Positions 29,874-33,365 of a stretch of DNA of 33,365 nt are shown in pieces. How positions within the stretch are numbered: position 1 is the stretch's first letter; each line of letters begins with the position of its first letter. A model generated the notes under the pieces. The model saw only the letters and a program-made list of their open reading frames with translations. It was not told the DNA's origin and did no database searches. This DNA is from Bacillota bacterium (GTDB lineage: Bacteria; Bacillota; Sulfobacillia; JAMDAP01; JAJYMS01): NCBI GenBank assembly GCA_041695105.1, contig JBGFRN010000040.1:1-33365 (forward strand), in the 5' to 3' direction. The position numbers and the translations under genes were made by a program.

Positions 29874-29940
29874 TACCATGCCTTGGACCGGCCAATCCGG
29901 TCCAAGATCATGTCTGTGGCCAGACGGGGGGGGTATTTTC

Positions 29941-31227
29941 GTGTCCACAGCCGTTGTGGTCGGAGCCCAATGGGGCGACGAGGGTAAGGGCAAGATCGTC
30001 GATTACCTGGCTGAAGCCGCGCACCTGGTGGTCCGCTATCAAGGCGGGAATAACGCCGGGCATACTGTGGTGGTCGGGGACAAAGTCTATAAGCTGCACC
30101 TGGTTCCCTCGGGAGTCTTCTATCCCGAAAAGATCTGCGTCATTGGCCACGGGGTCGTGCTTGATCCAGAGGTTCTGGTCAGGGAACTTGACTACCTGGC
30201 CGGTCACGGCATCACCAAGCCCAACCTTAAGATCAGCCCTGGGGCCCATCTCATCATGCCCTATCACATCCGTATCGACGGCGCGGATGAGGACCGCAAG
30301 GGTGCCAACAAGATCGGCACCACCCGCAGGGGCATTGGCCCGGCCTATATGGACAAGTTCGCCCGTACCGGCCTGCGGGTGATTGACCTGCTCGACCGGG
30401 AGGAGTTCCTGCTCAAGCTGGAACGTTCCCTGGCCGAGAAAAATGCCCTGCTCGAGAAGGTCTACGGGCTGCCCGGCTTCACCATCCGGGAGATCGCCGA
30501 GCCCTACCTGGCCTACGCCGAGCGCATCCGGCCGCTGGTAGCCGACACTATCGCCATTATCAACGAGTCGATCGAACAGGACCTGCCCGTCCTCTTCGAA
30601 GGTGCCCAGGGCACCCTGCTCGACATCGATTTCGGCACCTACCCCTACGTGACCTCGTCCCATCCGGTCGCGGGCGGGGCCTGCGTCGGGGCCGGGGTCG
30701 GCCCTACCCAGATCAACAGCGTCATCGGCGTGGTTAAGGCCTACACCTCGCGCGTCGGTGATGGTCCCTTCCCAACCGAACTGGGCGATGAGACCGGGAA
30801 CTTCATTCGCGAGAAGGGTCAGGAATACGGCACCACCACCGGCCGCCCGCGCCGAGTCGGCTGGCTCGACACCGTGATGGTCCGCTACGCCAAGCGGGTC
30901 AGCGGCCTGACCGGACTGGCTGTCACCCGCCTTGATACCCTCGGGGCTGTCCCGGCGGTCAAAATGTGCGTCGGGTACAAGATCGACGGGCAGATCACCC
31001 GCGACTTCCCGACCGGTCTCAAGGCCCTGGGCAAAGTCGAACCGATCTATGAGGAGTTCGAGGGTTGGGGTGAGGAGGTCCCCCTGGCCACACGAATCGA
31101 TGACCTGCCCAAGCCGCTCCGGGCCTACCTAAACCGCCTGGCCGAGCTGACCGGCGTTCCGATCCAGATCTTCTCCACCGGTCGCGAGCGCGTGCAGACG
31201 GTGGTTTTGAATCCGGTATTCAAATAA
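29941..31227 (+). CDS. purA: Adenylosuccinate synthetase
   Basis: GAQWGDEGKGK, GGNNAGHT, IGTTRRGIGPAY, EYGTTTGRPRR; start moved to GTG 29941. Confidence 0.98.
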   Translation: MSTAVVVGAQWGDEGKGKIVDYLAEAAHLVVRYQGGNNAGHTVVVGDKVYKLHLVPSGVFYPEKICVIGHGVVLDPEVLVRELDYLAGHGITKPNLKISPGAHLIMPYHIRIDGADEDRKGANKIGTTRRGIGPAYMDKFARTGLRVIDLLDREEFLLKLERSLAEKNALLEKVYGLPGFTIREIAEPYLAYAERIRPLVADTIAIINESIEQDLPVLFEGAQGTLLDIDFGTYPYVTSSHPVAGGACVGAGVGPTQINSVIGVVKAYTSRVGDGPFPTELGDETGNFIREKGQEYGTTTGRPRRVGWLDTVMVRYAKRVSGLTGLAVTRLDTLGAVPAVKMCVGYKIDGQITRDFPTGLKALGKVEPIYEEFEGWGEEVPLATRIDDLPKPLRAYLNRLAELTGVPIQIFSTGRERVQTVVLNPVFK

Positions 31228-31256
31228 AATCAGGCGGGCATGCTAGTTTCTGTGTC

Positions 31257-31285
31257 TTGTCAATTACGCCTGACCGCCTTATAAT
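31257..31285 (+). promoter_or_regulatory. sigmaA promoter for tRNA-Gly
   Basis: TTGTCA-N17-TATAAT, 12 nt before the tRNA. Confidence 0.75.
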
Positions 31286-31297
31286 AAAGTTCACGTT

Positions 31298-31371
31298 GCG
31301 GGTGTAGTTCAATGGTAGAACGAAAGCTTCCCAAGCTTTAGACGTGGGTTCGATTCCCATCACCCGCTCCA
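31298..31371 (+). tRNA. tRNA-Gly(CCC)
   Basis: Acceptor GCGGGTG/CACCCGC, anticodon arm AAAGC-TTCCCAA-GCTTT, GTTCGA T-loop, encoded CCA. Confidence 0.97.
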
Positions 31372-31384
31372 ATATGATAAAATC

Positions 31385-31409
31385 GAGGATGCCTCGGCAT
31401 CCTCTTTCT
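31385..31409 (+). terminator. Terminator-like hairpin between the tRNAs
   Basis: GAGGATGCC-tc-GGCATCCTC followed by TTTCT. Confidence 0.65.
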
Positions 31410-31461
31410 ATGGTCGGGGCGTTCGCCAGAAATGATTGCTGGCGGCGGCGCGCAGTGATAA

Positions 31462-31536
31462 GCCGGCGTAGCTCAATGGCAGAGCAGCTGAATCGTAATC
31501 AGCAGGTTGGGGGTTCAAGTCCCTTCGCCGGCTCCA
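31462..31536 (+). tRNA. tRNA-Thr(CGT)
   Basis: Acceptor GCCGGCG/CGCCGGC, anticodon arm GCTGA-ATCGTAA-TCAGC, GTTCAA T-loop, encoded CCA. Confidence 0.95.
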
Positions 31537-31574
31537 GGTTAAAACCCGCGTCAGAAGCGGATTGCAATAGATTC

Positions 31575-31601
31575 GGGCCACCCGACAAGGTGGTCTTTTT
31601 T
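31575..31601 (+). terminator. Intrinsic terminator after tRNA-Thr
   Basis: GGCCACC-cgacaa-GGTGGTC followed by T6. Confidence 0.75.
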
Positions 31602-31735
31602 GTTGCCTTGTGTGCCTATAGTGTGCCAACGCTTCAAGGTCGGTTAGGACCGAAACCTTATGTTACAGAAGGACGTGGCAGTCTAGCGGCCGAATACCCC
31701 AGAAGACAATTCTTTGTTTGGGGGTTAAGTTTCCG

Positions 31736-31787
31736 TTGACCGATTACCGTCTGGTGTATAGAATAGTATTAACCCTTGGTGTTAATA
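31736..31787 (+). promoter_or_regulatory. sigmaA promoter and inverted-repeat operator of the TA operon
   Basis: TTGACC-N17-TAGAAT, then TATTAAC-N7-GTTAATA (31767-31787) over the expected +1. Confidence 0.75.
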
Positions 31788-31812
31788 ATTTTATTTGGAC
31801 CGGGGGATAATG

Positions 31813-32154
31813 ATGGAGGTAGTTTATGCCACAACGTGGCTTAAGAAGCGATGTGACGGTGAGCGAGAGGCAAACATGGAGTGGGGTGCCGAGGTCGCCA
31901 AGAAGCTGCGCCAGCGTCTAGCTGAGCTGAAGGCGGCTACGAGGCTTTCTGATATTAGTCCCCACAGACCTGCCCGCCTTCATGAACTTGACCACGACCG
32001 GGCCGGGCAGTTAGCGGTGGACCTGCATGGTGGGTACCGCTTAATCTTTGTGCCGAATCATGAGCCTAGACCAACCAAGGCTGACGGCGGCCTAGACCGC
32101 GATAGAGTCACGGCCATCCAGATTGTAGAGGTAGGTGATTATCATGGGACCTGA
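31813..32154 (+). CDS. higB: HigB/RelE-like toxin (killer-protein family)
   Basis: WGAEVAKKLRQRLAEL.AA, RLHELDHDRAGQLAVDL.GGYRLIFVP, IVEVGDYH; precedes a HigA-like gene. Confidence 0.85.
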   Translation: MEVVYATTWLKKRCDGEREANMEWGAEVAKKLRQRLAELKAATRLSDISPHRPARLHELDHDRAGQLAVDLHGGYRLIFVPNHEPRPTKADGGLDRDRVTAIQIVEVGDYHGT

Positions 32155-33244
32155 GAAGCTGTCTTTTTCCCCTGACTGGGCCGTACCCCCTGGGGAAACG
32201 TTGCAGGAGTTGCTCGACGACTTTGGGATGAGCCAGGCAGACCTAGCGAGTCGCCTTGACCGCCCTAAGAAACTTGTGAACGAGATCGTCCAGGGAAAGA
32301 GCGCAATCACAGCGGACACGGCCATTCAGTTTGAGCGGGTTCTCGGACTGAAAGCCGAGTTTTGGCTAAACCTTGAGCAAAATTACCGTGAGGCTCTTGC
32401 TCGTCAGCGAGACCAGGAGGCTCTAAGTCGGGAAATTGACTGGCTCAAGACCCTTCCTCTGAAGCCCCTCGTAGAAAAAGGTTGGGTGGCAAAACAGCGG
32501 GATCCTATCGATCAGCTACGGGCTGTTCTTGAGTTTTTCCGTTGCGCGTCTCCTAGCGCAGTAGAGACCTATTGCGCTGGCCTTCAAGTTTCGTTCCGAA
32601 AGTCAACCAAGTTTGAGAGCGATCTTATGGCAACAGCAGCTTGGCTAAGGCGTGGTGAGCTGATTGGGCAAGAAGTCGACTGTGAGCCGTACGATAAGGG
32701 CAAATTTAGAGAGGCACTCCAGCGAATACGCCTCCTAACACCAAAGGAGCCGCAAGAGTTCTATCCCGAAGCCCAAAGACTGTGCTCGGAGTCTGGTGTC
32801 GCCTTCGCCATCGTGCCCGAAATTTCTGGCTGTCGGGTAAGCGGAGCTGCCCGCTGGCTATCCAAGGATAAGGCCATCATCCAGCTAAGTTTGCGTTACA
32901 GTTGGAGCGACATCTTCTGGTTCAGCTTCTTCCATGAGGCAGGTCACATTCTGCTTCATAACAAAAAGAAGGCGGTCTTCCTTGACGGGGGATACGGAGA
33001 GGATGAAGATGAGCAGGAGGCTAACCGGTTTGCCGCCGAGCAGCTCATCCCAAGTGTAGCTTGGGTCAAGTTCTGCGACAGAAGGGAGTTTGATCCTCAC
33101 TTGGTCCTACGCTTTGCTGAGGAACTAAGAATTCATCCCGGCATTGTGGTTGGCCGCCTCCAGCATGAGGGAATAATTGGCCATGGTCACCTGCTTAACA
33201 GACTGAAGACTCGCTTCAAGTGGGCAAGTGACGTACTCCGCTGA
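32144..33244 (+). CDS. HigA-type XRE HTH antitoxin fused to ImmA/IrrE (M78, COG2856) metallopeptidase
   Basis: PPGETL...MSQADLA...NEIVQGK..IT.DTA..FWLNL; HEAGH at 32933-32947; EQEANRFA. Confidence 0.9.
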   Translation: MGPEKLSFSPDWAVPPGETLQELLDDFGMSQADLASRLDRPKKLVNEIVQGKSAITADTAIQFERVLGLKAEFWLNLEQNYREALARQRDQEALSREIDWLKTLPLKPLVEKGWVAKQRDPIDQLRAVLEFFRCASPSAVETYCAGLQVSFRKSTKFESDLMATAAWLRRGELIGQEVDCEPYDKGKFREALQRIRLLTPKEPQEFYPEAQRLCSESGVAFAIVPEISGCRVSGAARWLSKDKAIIQLSLRYSWSDIFWFSFFHEAGHILLHNKKKAVFLDGGYGEDEDEQEANRFAAEQLIPSVAWVKFCDRREFDPHLVLRFAEELRIHPGIVVGRLQHEGIIGHGHLLNRLKTRFKWASDVLR

Positions 33245-33365
33245 CTGAAAGTCAGCGGCATCTCAGGCGGCGATAGCCACCTTCGACTTGGTTTCGTAGA
33301 CCGTATGCCATCCGAGGCGGATCGGCAAGACCACGGGCCGCGCCACACGGCCACTACTCCACTCG
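33228..33365 (-). mobile_element. Right end of an IS200/IS605-family element (continues beyond the window)
   Basis: Minus strand GATG-CCGCTGACT-ttc-AGTCAGCGG-AGTACG-TCAC: guide tetramer, subterminal hairpin and terminal TCAC, directly after an ORF stop. Confidence 0.8.
33263..33365 (-). CDS. tnpB: C-terminal fragment of probable TnpB
   Basis: ...EWSSGRVARPVVLPIRLGWHTVYETKSKVAIAA*; the SSG..ARP tail resembles TnpB C-termini and the stop abuts the IS right end; RuvC motifs are outside the window. Confidence 0.6.
   Translation of the reverse strand, partial: EWSSGRVARPVVLPIRLGWHTVYETKSKVAIAA

Noticed and set aside
29874-29940. Purine riboswitch before purA
   Set aside because: The leader is about 60 nt and lacks the conserved aptamer core
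31344-31739. 131-aa and 73-aa ORFs across the tRNAs
   Set aside because: They overlap tRNA genes and terminators and are spurious
33238-33258. Hairpin read as a simple bidirectional terminator
   Set aside because: No T-tract on either side; the flanking GATG and AGTACGTCAC fit an IS200/IS605 right end better

Overview
This is the chromosomal replication-origin region of a GC-rich, probably spore-forming Bacillota (Firmicute). Genes diverge from a bipartite oriC around dnaA. On the minus strand are dnaA-dnaN-recF-remB-gyrB, followed not by gyrA but by a scrap of an alpha/beta-hydrolase gene and a rubredoxin-flavin reductase fusion that the ORF track missed. On the plus strand are rpmH-rnpA-yidD-yidC-jag-mnmE-mnmG-rsmG-parA-parB (parS), DUF4446, yyaC (minus), a liv-type ABC transporter with cvpA, DUF951, rpsF-ssb-rpsR, rplI-lonC-dnaB (with an intein), purA, tRNA-Gly(CCC) and tRNA-Thr(CGT). 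Accessory DNA starts after tRNA-Thr. It holds a HigB-like toxin and a HigA-ImmA/IrrE metallopeptidase antitoxin whose last codons come from the right end of an IS200/IS605-family (probable TnpB) element at the window edge. The most notable observations are: (1) an unannotated antisense 36-aa CCCGC peptide gene with its own RBS and terminator between rpsR and rplI; (2) the IS right end fused to the antitoxin gene, with a predicted omegaRNA guide taken from it; (3) a 218-aa DnaB intein with no homing endonuclease but a retained HTH-like segment; (4) the gyrB/hydrolase-remnant junction. All calls come from reading the sequence by eye; no searches were run.
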